Part shown: positions 27,794 through 37,305 of the stretch, piece by piece
How the letters are laid out: every line of letters starts with the position of its first letter
Position numbering within the stretch: position 1 is the first letter of the stretch
Virus record (IMG/VR): IMGVR_UViG_3300017774_003070
Span: 1-64,000 of that record
Reading direction: 5' to 3' (one strand)
DNA length: 64,000 nucleotides
From: a virus
Made by a program: the position numbers and the translations under genes
The notes under the pieces: generated by a model
Told to the model about the DNA's origin: nothing
Database searches by the model: none
Seen by the model: only the letters and a program-made list of their open reading frames with translations

Positions 27794-29557
27794 ATGAAGT
27801 ACATACTCATATTTTTACTTGGATTGATTACATTTCAAGTAAATGCACAAGGTAGCAAAATAATAGGTTCTACAAGTACAGCTAGTGGTGATGTACAAGG
27901 TACTTACCCTACTATCTACGTAAAACCTAATGTCATCAATCGTGCTAACTTAACTCAAACATTACGAGACAGTCTTACACGATTTAGAAAAGACACTTCT
28001 ATCACTATAGGTTCTGGTACAACTAACTATGGTTCCTTAGCGAATACATTTGGTAAGTACAGTAGAGTTAGAATTACTTGCTTGTTACCTACTGCTGGCA
28101 CTGCATCTGTAATTCTACCAAGTCTTGCTGACACACTCAAGAATACTGAGATTAAAGTAACCCTTTACGCACAGGACTCCTCTGGTTCTGTAATGAATGT
28201 AGTAGGATTTGATGGATTTGCATTTTGGTTTAATGGAACTAATTTACAAGAACTTGATCCTGTCATCTACATTTCCAATAGAAAGACCATTACACTAAAA
28301 GGAATTTACCAAGCCTCTGATTGGATGTGGTTATCTGAAGTATCACGAGATTGGTTAGGTACTGAGTTGTATGACATTGCAGCTACAGGTATAACAGCAC
28401 TTACAGGTGACGTTACAGCATCAGGTACAGGATCAGTTACTGCTACAATTGCTACGTCAGCAGTTACATCTTCTAAGATTCTTGATGGGACTATTGTATC
28501 AGCAGACGTTGCTAGTCAAACTGTAGATTCACTTGACATTAAGAATAGATCAGTCACTACAGTCAAGTTACTAGATGGTGCAGTTACATCACTCAAAGTA
28601 CTAGACAACTCACTTACTGGCTCTGATCTTACATTCTTAACTCTTCGTGCAGGAACTACTTCTGATGCAAGCTTACAGTTAACTTCAGGATCAGATAAAA
28701 CTACACTGACTGGTGGAGAAGTGCTCTACAATGGTTCACGATTTGCAGTTGGTATTGGATCTTCCAAGAGACGTATAGCTGTAATGAATGATGTTACGCC
28801 AAGCAACGGGCAACTACCAATTGGTAATGGAACTGACTTTACAGTAGCAAACATTACTGCTGGATATGCTCAGACTGTAACTAATGGTTCTGGTAGCATT
28901 ACAATCTTACCTGACACTACACTTGTCATTCCTTACATTCCTTCTGCTGAGATAAGCAATGGAACTAGAGATGGTTACTTTAGAACACAGACCTCATTTG
29001 GTCATCAGTACTACAATGGTGGATTTAGAATCTTTAATGCTAGTGTAGCTTCTACATCTGGATCTACTGGACTTAGTGTATCTGATCTTGCCAATACTTA
29101 CAGATCATCTATTCAAGCTAGTCTTACTTCTGCTAATGTACCTACATTCTCAATCTTTGCAGTAGGAGCCGAACGTGGAGATAAGAGTGCTACATTTGAA
29201 GAAAAAGGAGCTACTATTCCAGTACTCTACAATTCAATTGGAGCTAATTCACAAGCTGTAACTACTTATCAAATAGATGGAGAAACTTCTATTGAGTACA
29301 TTACTAACTCTACACCAACTAACGTAACTTTACCTGAGATTGTAGGAACAAGCATTACTGCCAATAAAGTAGGAATAGGTTATACAATGTGGGTTGCAGT
29401 TAACTCATCTGTAGGTAAGAACATCAATGCAGCAGGATCAGATGTAATTATCAGACATGGTTCTACAAGTACTGTAACTACATTTACAACTACAGGTGGA
29501 ACTTACTACTTGAAGAAGTTTGTAGCATTAGGATTAGATGTTTGGGGAGAATTCTAA
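27794..29557 (+). CDS. Fibre-like protein with Sec signal peptide
   Basis: MKYILIFLLGLITFQVNA|Q; ALTGDVTASG and VTxxKxxD repeats. Confidence 0.7.
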   Translation: MKYILIFLLGLITFQVNAQGSKIIGSTSTASGDVQGTYPTIYVKPNVINRANLTQTLRDSLTRFRKDTSITIGSGTTNYGSLANTFGKYSRVRITCLLPTAGTASVILPSLADTLKNTEIKVTLYAQDSSGSVMNVVGFDGFAFWFNGTNLQELDPVIYISNRKTITLKGIYQASDWMWLSEVSRDWLGTELYDIAATGITALTGDVTASGTGSVTATIATSAVTSSKILDGTIVSADVASQTVDSLDIKNRSVTTVKLLDGAVTSLKVLDNSLTGSDLTFLTLRAGTTSDASLQLTSGSDKTTLTGGEVLYNGSRFAVGIGSSKRRIAVMNDVTPSNGQLPIGNGTDFTVANITAGYAQTVTNGSGSITILPDTTLVIPYIPSAEISNGTRDGYFRTQTSFGHQYYNGGFRIFNASVASTSGSTGLSVSDLANTYRSSIQASLTSANVPTFSIFAVGAERGDKSATFEEKGATIPVLYNSIGANSQAVTTYQIDGETSIEYITNSTPTNVTLPEIVGTSITANKVGIGYTMWVAVNSSVGKNINAAGSDVIIRHGSTSTVTTFTTTGGTYYLKKFVALGLDVWGEF

Positions 29558-29603
29558 AAACCATTGAATCCTTTGGACTTTCATAATTTTCAATTCTTAA
29601 AGC

Positions 29604-29777
29604 ATGATAGGAACAATATTTGGAACCAATAGATCAGGTGGGTTAACTATTCCAGGAGCTTACAGTAATGATGCTGAGGCTGCTAGTAATGGTGTACAAG
29701 TAGGGCAACCTTACTATGTGCTTGTATCTATGGACTATGGTATTCCTACTGGATTTGTCAGAATTAGAGAATCATAA
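29604..29777 (+). CDS. 57-aa small fibre-associated protein (not in the ORF track)
   Basis: MIGTIFGTNRSGGLTIPGAYSNDAEAASNGVQVGQPYYVLVSMDYGIPTGFVRIRES; the YxxDAxAxxxGVxVGxxY motif recalls fibre-terminal modules. Confidence 0.65.
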   Translation: MIGTIFGTNRSGGLTIPGAYSNDAEAASNGVQVGQPYYVLVSMDYGIPTGFVRIRES

Positions 29778-29786
29778 AACAGAGCA

Positions 29787-32700
29787 ATGAAAAACATACT
29801 TATTATACTAGCTCTTCTTTTGCCTATCACTGTATCTGCACAGTTGCTTAACTCATACGGTGTAGTAGAGATAGGAAGTTCATTCCCGATGTCCTCTACT
29901 AGAGGAGCTAAGTTTGCATACAGAACTACAGATTCGTCATTCTACAGATGGATTGTAGGTAATACTTGGGTAAAGGTTGTGGAACCTAGTATTGAACCAG
30001 ACACACTCTACCTAAAACAGCTCTCTGGTACGACAGCCTTAGTTGACGGTGACACAATTGACATCTCAACTTATCTTCTAAAGGCAGATACAACATCCTT
30101 CCTAGCCCCTTATATTAGACTAGCTGGATATGGATTACTTAAATCAACTAATACACTTCGAGTAGATACAAGTCTTATTGCAACACGCTTCTATACAAAC
30201 TCTACATTCCTTCCCATCCTCGGCGGCACCCTTACCGGAACCACTGGGAACGGCTTTTTAGGACTATTGCCACAAAGTTCAACTCCAAGCACACCAGCGT
30301 CAGGGTTTCGATTCTTTGCAAACGGTGCGCATAATTTAGCACTTCGAGATCGAAACGGGTGGATTACGACGTTCGATATTTCCGCAACTGGTAATCGTGA
30401 TTTTGCGTATCCGTCTATTGGTGGCACCTTTGCACTAGGCACGGGGACGGCTACACGAATACCGATTTGGACAAATGCCAACACGCTCGGAGATTCACCG
30501 ATTCTTTACAACAGCACCACTAAACGGACAACATGGGATAGCCCAGGCGTGATCGACATCCCAATGGGAACAGATGCAGAACGACCTAGTCCTGCGGTTA
30601 CGTCGGATTTCTGGTACAACACAACCGGAAATGGTATTGAATGGTACAACGGTAGTAGGTGGGCTAAGGGGTTGGAAAGTACAGCAAATAGGTTTGCAAC
30701 AGGTAGTTTGATTTTTGTAGATGCAAATGGGCAAGCGACGCAAAATAACACGAAACTATTTTGGGACAATACAAACAACAGACTTGGAATTGGAACAGGA
30801 TCACCTACAGCCCCCCTTTCCATTTTTTCCACTGGTGCAATTGGGTTTCGGATTTTTCCAAGTCCCACAGATATTAACTGGTGGCGATTGGGGTTGACAT
30901 CAGGCGGGGGTTTTTTGGAGTTCAATCCCTCTGATGTTAATATTTCTAACCGATTATCACTGCCCGAAACGGGGGTAGCTCGATTTAGGAGTGGTAACCA
31001 AAATCCACAATCTTCGCATTTTTTTAACACAAATTACAGGATGTATTTTAGTGGCGGGGTTGGAAATGCAAACGGAGGCGGTGGTGATGATGGAGGTGAT
31101 TTATATTTTATGGGTGGCGATTCCCCCAACTCGGATGCAGGAGTAACAGGGGGTGATATATATATTCAAGGTGGGCAGGCATACACTAGAGGCGCTGCCT
31201 TTGCTGGAAATGTTATATTGAATTGGAGTAGCTGGGGCAATGTAGGAGTCGGGACAAGAACCCCAGGACAAGAAATGGATATAAATGGTGATCTCTACGT
31301 AAGGGACAGTATTCGATTAGGCACTGTTCCGCTTATGTCGTCAGCTACAAAAATAGCTGTGCTGGACGCAAACAATTGGATAGGGTATCGAAACTCAAAC
31401 ACAATCGGAGGGGTGTCAGACTCGCTTTATAAAGCTGGATTTAGTCTTGTATATCGAAATAACGCAGGAACAAGACGAGACACAATACAGGAATCGTTTT
31501 TCAATCGATACGGCTCGATGATTGCTATTCCATTCACAAGCGATGTCACAAACTATAATACAAACAGCAGCGCGAACGTATTTGTTGGAACTATTTTTAG
31601 CTCAGATACAAGCGCGACAGACTTAACTTTATTAGATTCGGATGTATCAATCGGAGGAGGGTCTTACATAGAAAACAAAGCTGGCAATTTCGGTGTCACT
31701 CAAGTTGGTCATGCTGCGTCCGTTAACGGTATATCAACTAGGGCAACAGTCGTCGGGTTTACTTCTTCTGCCTCAAATGCAATTAACTCCACATCGATAG
31801 GCGTAAACAATACGATGTCTGCTGGTGGTGCACTTGCTTTTGGGAATTTTAACACGATAAGCGGGGGTGGTTCTGGTGCATTTGGATCGGTTCATAATAT
31901 CACACAAGCAAATAGATACCAGTACGGGAATGGATCAAGTGAAAACTCAATAAGGCATTTCTTTTACGGAAACCTGAATGTGGGTTCTGACTCTTCCTTT
32001 TCCTACAATAACACCACGGATGTTTTCAGGCTTTCAACCTATGGCACAGGCACAAAAGAAGCCGCCGACCTTTCCAAAACCCAATCCAACTACATCGCAG
32101 GATTTGCCACAGATGGTACAGTTACAGAGATGGAAGGCGTACAAGTATCCTCTAATAAAAATCTCTTACTAGGCACAACCACCGACGTGCCCACATCAAT
32201 TCTTACAGCACGTTCAACCACAAAGAGTTCATCACCTTTCCCTTTTCACACTACAGCAGAATCAAATGCTATTACAGGAGTAGGCGGTAACTTTGAATGG
32301 GTAACAGATGGTATCGGGCCAGGATTTAGATGGCATAACGGAACGAGGGGTGCTTATGGGCTGGAATCTACCTTTGCACGGGGGACGGCTACACGGGTTC
32401 CGTTTTTTGATGCCAATGGGCAAATTACAGACAACAGCGGAATTACTTTCCAAAACCCTGGAACAATAGTAGGGACTGCTCATAGCTCATTGCGTGTCAC
32501 AACCTCAGCAACCGCTACCGCAAATAATCAATTCATAACAGGGACAATCTTTACCACTACGAACAGCCCTGGCGCTTTCACGGGTGTTAGAAATCACGTT
32601 GCTGCATTCTTAACAGACGACGCAACAGGCAGTACAATTGCAATAGGAAGGCCGTACAGCAATAACTTTTTTGCCACAATTACTTCTGATTTTAGCACAC

Positions 32701-34586
32701 GAAATTTCATTTTCGATTCTGGAAACAGTGGCGGCAACTTGATTTTCAGGAAAGCAGGAACGCAGGTGCTTTCAGTTGGCTCACCTCGTTTAGCTTATGC
32801 AGGTTCTTTTTTTAGTTCCGCAACCGAATCGTTGTACGGGTTAAATACTTCGTTTGCACAAGAGACGGCTTCATCCGCTTATTTTTTAATGCGCGAAGGT
32901 ACGGCGGGTTATAAGGCCGCGTTTGGTCACGATGGAAACGGAAGCGCTACAATTTATGCTCAACGAGCAAATACAAACTTCGTGGCAGCGGATATGAAAC
33001 TTCGTTTATCTGGTGCGACGGGATATGCAGAGTTTCTAAACAACACAGCAGGGGTTTTACTTGGAGGTGGCACCACTGCACAAACGCCAACAGAGGCAAA
33101 CGGGTTGATTCGCTACAATTCAGATAGCACATTATACCAAATCTACCAAGGCGGAGCAAGGGCATTTATCGCAACTCGTGCCTACGTTCGTTCTTCGGCA
33201 TTAAATATAGGAAACTCTAACTTAACATTAACAGGAAATCGAACCCTTTCAAGCGGTGGATTCAGTTTAACCTTATCTCCAAAAACAACAGTTTCAGATA
33301 CTTTTTTACTTCCGCTTGGAAAGGTAAAAACAAATACCTATGCTCCGATTATGGGTAAAAATGTGAATTGGGCTGAGAATGGAAGTATAATGTATGGGGA
33401 GAACATACGTAGCGATTCAACTGGATTTGGGGCAGGGCAGAATGTATTGTTCGGATTAAACCTAATGCAAAAAGCAAGGGCATCAGGTGGTAGATTTATG
33501 CTTTTTGGTGACAACATTCTAAATGGAATCACTTCTGCATTTAATGTGGTGGGGATTGGCATTCAAGTTGCTGACCAATCTACAACAGCAGGGAGCGACT
33601 TTTTTGTTGGCGGTTCCGTTGTGGCTCGGTATGCAACAAGCCTAGATCGTGCGGTTATACTTGCGTCACGAAGCTTCAATAGGGTTGCCGGAGTGAACTT
33701 AACCCAAACCGTTGCATTTGGGTACGGGGCAGGCTCGACAAGCACAGAAAGATCAGCAGGAGGAACTCACTACGGGTACCTACAATTACAATCGCTAGTA
33801 TCAGGGGATCAAATTTCCACATACGGGTATTTAGCAGGGCGAGTAATTAAACGCGGCACAAACCTTTCTTTCATAGGCAACTACACGGGCGCAACTGATA
33901 CCATGTTTTCCGATGCTTCCGCAATTGGGAACTATGCCGCAATTGGGCAAAATCAAGCAATCACAATCGGTGCAATCAATGGGGTAAACAGTGCGACGTA
34001 CGATGCTAAAATAGGTATAGGCACAACAACCCCGTCTGAAAAATTGCACGTCGTAGGTAATATTAGATTTGGAAGTTATGGCACAGGAATAAAAGAAGCC
34101 ACCGACCTTTCCCTCAGCACCCCCACGTACATTGCTGCATTCGCACCTTCCGGCACAGGGCAAGGAACAATATTAGACTACAGAATAGCTCGTGACACCT
34201 TCATTGAAGACGTTACTTTATTCTCAGTAGGAACATTATTAAACACCTGTCAAGAATTAACTATAGTTTCTTCAATGACAGTACTTGCGAGTTCGGATCA
34301 AGAGATCAGATTCCCGGACGCTTCAGATGTATTCCGTGGAAGAAAGATTATCGTATACAGTAAGAAGAAAGACGCTGGACTATATCTACCTAAAATCAAA
34401 GTAGCAGGTGGTGTTTCAAGATTGTACTTTACAACCAACCCCGCAGTAGGAGGAACTGATCCATCTGATCAATCTACATTAACTATTGATGACAGTACAT
34501 GGTCAGATCATGGAACTACATTTGAATTCACTTGCTTGAAGATTGACAATACCCCAGCATATCGTTGGGTACTGAAGCAAAGGTGA
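29787..34586 (+). CDS. Long fibre/adhesin-like protein with Sec signal peptide
   Basis: MKNILIILALLLPITVSA|Q; G(I/V)GTxxP repeats, YadA-head-like xxIG/xxFG repeats, internal duplications. Confidence 0.75.
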   Translation: MKNILIILALLLPITVSAQLLNSYGVVEIGSSFPMSSTRGAKFAYRTTDSSFYRWIVGNTWVKVVEPSIEPDTLYLKQLSGTTALVDGDTIDISTYLLKADTTSFLAPYIRLAGYGLLKSTNTLRVDTSLIATRFYTNSTFLPILGGTLTGTTGNGFLGLLPQSSTPSTPASGFRFFANGAHNLALRDRNGWITTFDISATGNRDFAYPSIGGTFALGTGTATRIPIWTNANTLGDSPILYNSTTKRTTWDSPGVIDIPMGTDAERPSPAVTSDFWYNTTGNGIEWYNGSRWAKGLESTANRFATGSLIFVDANGQATQNNTKLFWDNTNNRLGIGTGSPTAPLSIFSTGAIGFRIFPSPTDINWWRLGLTSGGGFLEFNPSDVNISNRLSLPETGVARFRSGNQNPQSSHFFNTNYRMYFSGGVGNANGGGGDDGGDLYFMGGDSPNSDAGVTGGDIYIQGGQAYTRGAAFAGNVILNWSSWGNVGVGTRTPGQEMDINGDLYVRDSIRLGTVPLMSSATKIAVLDANNWIGYRNSNTIGGVSDSLYKAGFSLVYRNNAGTRRDTIQESFFNRYGSMIAIPFTSDVTNYNTNSSANVFVGTIFSSDTSATDLTLLDSDVSIGGGSYIENKAGNFGVTQVGHAASVNGISTRATVVGFTSSASNAINSTSIGVNNTMSAGGALAFGNFNTISGGGSGAFGSVHNITQANRYQYGNGSSENSIRHFFYGNLNVGSDSSFSYNNTTDVFRLSTYGTGTKEAADLSKTQSNYIAGFATDGTVTEMEGVQVSSNKNLLLGTTTDVPTSILTARSTTKSSSPFPFHTTAESNAITGVGGNFEWVTDGIGPGFRWHNGTRGAYGLESTFARGTATRVPFFDANGQITDNSGITFQNPGTIVGTAHSSLRVTTSATATANNQFITGTIFTTTNSPGAFTGVRNHVAAFLTDDATGSTIAIGRPYSNNFFATITSDFSTRNFIFDSGNSGGNLIFRKAGTQVLSVGSPRLAYAGSFFSSATESLYGLNTSFAQETASSAYFLMREGTAGYKAAFGHDGNGSATIYAQRANTNFVAADMKLRLSGATGYAEFLNNTAGVLLGGGTTAQTPTEANGLIRYNSDSTLYQIYQGGARAFIATRAYVRSSALNIGNSNLTLTGNRTLSSGGFSLTLSPKTTVSDTFLLPLGKVKTNTYAPIMGKNVNWAENGSIMYGENIRSDSTGFGAGQNVLFGLNLMQKARASGGRFMLFGDNILNGITSAFNVVGIGIQVADQSTTAGSDFFVGGSVVARYATSLDRAVILASRSFNRVAGVNLTQTVAFGYGAGSTSTERSAGGTHYGYLQLQSLVSGDQISTYGYLAGRVIKRGTNLSFIGNYTGATDTMFSDASAIGNYAAIGQNQAITIGAINGVNSATYDAKIGIGTTTPSEKLHVVGNIRFGSYGTGIKEATDLSLSTPTYIAAFAPSGTGQGTILDYRIARDTFIEDVTLFSVGTLLNTCQELTIVSSMTVLASSDQEIRFPDASDVFRGRKIIVYSKKKDAGLYLPKIKVAGGVSRLYFTTNPAVGGTDPSDQSTLTIDDSTWSDHGTTFEFTCLKIDNTPAYRWVLKQR

Positions 34587-34729
34587 GTCGGGGGCAATGC
34601 TGAAAAGCAGACCTCTGTACCTCAATGGATGCTTAACTACAAAGGAACTGCAAAGTGGAAATATTGGATACAAACAGGCATAATTGAAGAATCAAACGGA
34701 ACTTTCAAACTAGGAAAACTTAAACAATT

Positions 34730-35269
34730 ATGAAGTATTTACTACTGGTACTTTTACCAATCTTCTCCTACGCTCAACAAGACTCTATAGTGTATGAGAA
34801 ACGTGACACTCAATGGTACAAAATTACTGTACGTATTGAAGGACTTAAAAAGACAACAGTTGAAGAACCCTATACTACAGTTGACAGTCTTATTAAAAGT
34901 ACTCTACTAAACAATTTAGTAGATGCTGGTAGACAATACCGTGCTTTTAAATTAGCAACTGAGGAACAAGAGAAAGACTATCTTCTCAAGTTACGTCAAG
35001 CTGATAGACAGTACAGAACGCTCTACACTACACGTCCTAATCTCGACTCTCTCAGCAACGCTAAACAGTTAGTTGGTACTTGGTTATTAAATGGTGTAGA
35101 AATAAGCATAACTAAACAACTTAGATTGTTAACAGCAAGTATTAACTTTGTCTCTGAGGATGTATTCTGGGTTACTAATAACGGACGTGAATACTTCTTT
35201 AAACGAGGTAGAAGCTGGGTATCAGATAAACGTAAACTAGAACCTGAAACTACAAGATCAATTCGATGA
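34730..35269 (+). CDS. Exported protein with Sec signal peptide (possible fibre chaperone)
   Basis: MKYLLLVLLPIFSYA|QQ; directly after the fibre gene. Confidence 0.7.
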   Translation: MKYLLLVLLPIFSYAQQDSIVYEKRDTQWYKITVRIEGLKKTTVEEPYTTVDSLIKSTLLNNLVDAGRQYRAFKLATEEQEKDYLLKLRQADRQYRTLYTTRPNLDSLSNAKQLVGTWLLNGVEISITKQLRLLTASINFVSEDVFWVTNNGREYFFKRGRSWVSDKRKLEPETTRSIR

Positions 35270-35679
35270 CTATATCTGTAGTAGCACAATATTCAGACAG
35301 TTCAGGATTCTTGAATTCACTTACTCCAACTGTCTCTGTGATCTTACCTGATGGAACTTCTGTCTCGTCAGGATCTGCTACGTTTATAGCTAATGGTCTT
35401 TATCAGTATACGTTTACTGTCAACTATGACACACAATACATCTGGCAGTTTGAAGAAGCTACACTAGGATTTGATGAGAAGTACGTGACAGGTTCATTTA
35501 TGATTCCAAGTTCAGGTTCTAGCTCAGGTACACTTACACCACAAGCTATTCGTAACGCAATGTTACTTAGTCCTAAAGGTGTAGCACAGAATGGATCAGT
35601 AGATGAACAGTTGACTTTCTTGAAAAAAGCATTGTACATTATTGATCGTATTGCAAAGAAACTAGGAATAATAAACTAA
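35266..35679 (+). CDS. Hypothetical virion-associated protein
   Basis: Ig-like beta N-terminus (GLYQYTF), helical C-terminus. Confidence 0.6.
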   Translation: MTISVVAQYSDSSGFLNSLTPTVSVILPDGTSVSSGSATFIANGLYQYTFTVNYDTQYIWQFEEATLGFDEKYVTGSFMIPSSGSSSGTLTPQAIRNAMLLSPKGVAQNGSVDEQLTFLKKALYIIDRIAKKLGIIN

Positions 35680-36203
35680 TGAGTATACTAACTGTAAAGC
35701 AAGGACAACACGATTTCAAACCAAGTATGATACCTTGGCCTAGAATGCTGACGAACAAGGTACTGTACTTTGAATACACACTGACAGAAAGCTGTTGGTA
35801 TGATTCATTAGGAAATGATAACTATGACTTTAATAAAGGTGTAGGCCTATTCCAGTTCCTTGACTTTGCTAAGAATTTCAATGCTTTCATGCTTGCTTGG
35901 CGACCTAAACTTGACCAAGTTAATTACTTTGAGTTTGTACCTTATGAGAATAGAGATAAAGCAATATTAGCAAATGAAGATAAGATTAGAGTATACAAAG
36001 CTGGTGATACAATTAAAGGATACTTCAAGCCGTCCAGCACAGGAATGGAACTGTATCTTATATTAGAGACTTCCATTATACTTTGGCACAAATCAAATTT
36101 AAATACTTGGTTATATGGTATTGTAGATTCGTGGTTTGGAGGAAATAATGTATCACCACAAGACATGGAAGCTAATCTAATTATAAGATTCACTAAATTG
36201 TAG
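35679..36203 (+). CDS. Hypothetical protein
   Basis: ORF, coupled to neighbours. Confidence 0.65.
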   Translation: MSILTVKQGQHDFKPSMIPWPRMLTNKVLYFEYTLTESCWYDSLGNDNYDFNKGVGLFQFLDFAKNFNAFMLAWRPKLDQVNYFEFVPYENRDKAILANEDKIRVYKAGDTIKGYFKPSSTGMELYLILETSIILWHKSNLNTWLYGIVDSWFGGNNVSPQDMEANLIIRFTKL

Positions 36204-36207
36204 CACC

Positions 36208-36612
36208 ATGTCGTTTAAAACAGTCATAATGAACGAATATTTTAAGCTCTTAGTACAAGTTCTTACACCACTTATTTCTGCTGCTTTGACTGCTGTAGTC
36301 GCATGGATACTCAGAGGTAAATGGGAGAATAAGAAGAGAGACATTGAATTACAGCGTCTCGCTATGGATCTTCGCAAAGAGGAACTTGACTTCAGAAACG
36401 AATTAATGGTAGAAGTTCACAAGCTTCAAAAACAAGTCTTTGTCCTTGAGCAGACTGTACACCAACAATCACTTGAGATGGAAGTGTTACGTCAAGCTGT
36501 GCAAGAAAAAGATTCTCAGATTGCTATACTTACAAAAGATAAAGCTTTTGATAAGACTGCAATCGCAGAAAAGAATAACATTATCAGTAACTACATTAAA
36601 ACTGAAAAATGA
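36208..36612 (+). CDS. Membrane-anchored coiled-coil protein (holin- or spanin-like)
   Basis: One N-terminal TM segment followed by a long coiled coil. Confidence 0.55.
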   Translation: MSFKTVIMNEYFKLLVQVLTPLISAALTAVVAWILRGKWENKKRDIELQRLAMDLRKEELDFRNELMVEVHKLQKQVFVLEQTVHQQSLEMEVLRQAVQEKDSQIAILTKDKAFDKTAIAEKNNIISNYIKTEK

Positions 36613-36926
36613 TCAAGCTAATTAAACTGTTAGATGGTTTTAAAATCAATGATCCTAAAGTATTCATGCTTGTAACTCTTATTGCTAACATAGTGATAGG
36701 AGTTCTTGACTATTTTGGTACTTATGGATCAGAGGATATTAAGCCTCTTATTATGACTGTAACGTCAGTAGTAACTCTTATCTTGTCTTATCTTGGTGTA
36801 AGAACTACTAGATTTCTACAGAATAATCCTGAGCCAATTACAGAGACAACTGAGTTGATTAAAGACATTCACGTTGACACTGTAATAGCAGATAAATTAA
36901 ACACTGATGACAATATCACTAAGTAA
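36609..36926 (+). CDS. Putative holin (two TM segments)
   Basis: Two hydrophobic helices and a charged C-terminal tail. Confidence 0.55.
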   Translation: MIKLIKLLDGFKINDPKVFMLVTLIANIVIGVLDYFGTYGSEDIKPLIMTVTSVVTLILSYLGVRTTRFLQNNPEPITETTELIKDIHVDTVIADKLNTDDNITK

Positions 36927-37305
36927 TGGAGTCTGGACAGTTACATCTACACTGATTAACTGGTCTACAATGGACTCTGCTAAACTATACATTGATACAG
37001 AAGATTACGACTTGGTTAATCCTGCTACTTCATTTGTAGTAGATACTGACCCTGTAGATGGAGTGTATCAATTCATACTAGAAGTAACTACAGATGGTAC
37101 TACAGTACGTGAGAAGTCTTGCTACTTTGTTGACGCTACATTCAATTGTAAAGTTGTAGATGCAGTGTATTCAACTAAGAGTGACAGAACAGCTTTGTAC
37201 TACTACCTTCTCAAGAATGCTGGAGCATGTACAGATTGTGACAAGTTGAAAGAACTATTTACTATCGCTAATAATGCAGTGACAGATGATTGCGGATGTA
37301 ATTGA
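36907..37305 (+). CDS. Putative tail hub/collar protein, Cys-rich C-terminus
   Basis: DGVYQF motif, C-terminal CGC; position resembles crAss-like tail-hub genes. Confidence 0.5.
   Translation: MTISLSNGVWTVTSTLINWSTMDSAKLYIDTEDYDLVNPATSFVVDTDPVDGVYQFILEVTTDGTTVREKSCYFVDATFNCKVVDAVYSTKSDRTALYYYLLKNAGACTDCDKLKELFTIANNAVTDDCGCN

Noticed and set aside
29787-34586. Diversity-generating retroelement or invertible shufflon acting on the fibres
   Set aside because: No reverse transcriptase or recombinase and no near-identical TR/VR or inverted crossover repeats were seen; the internal repeats are diverged at many positions
34584-34620. UGA plus hairpin as a selenocysteine insertion element
   Set aside because: No redox-motif context and no Sec machinery in view; kept only as generic read-through
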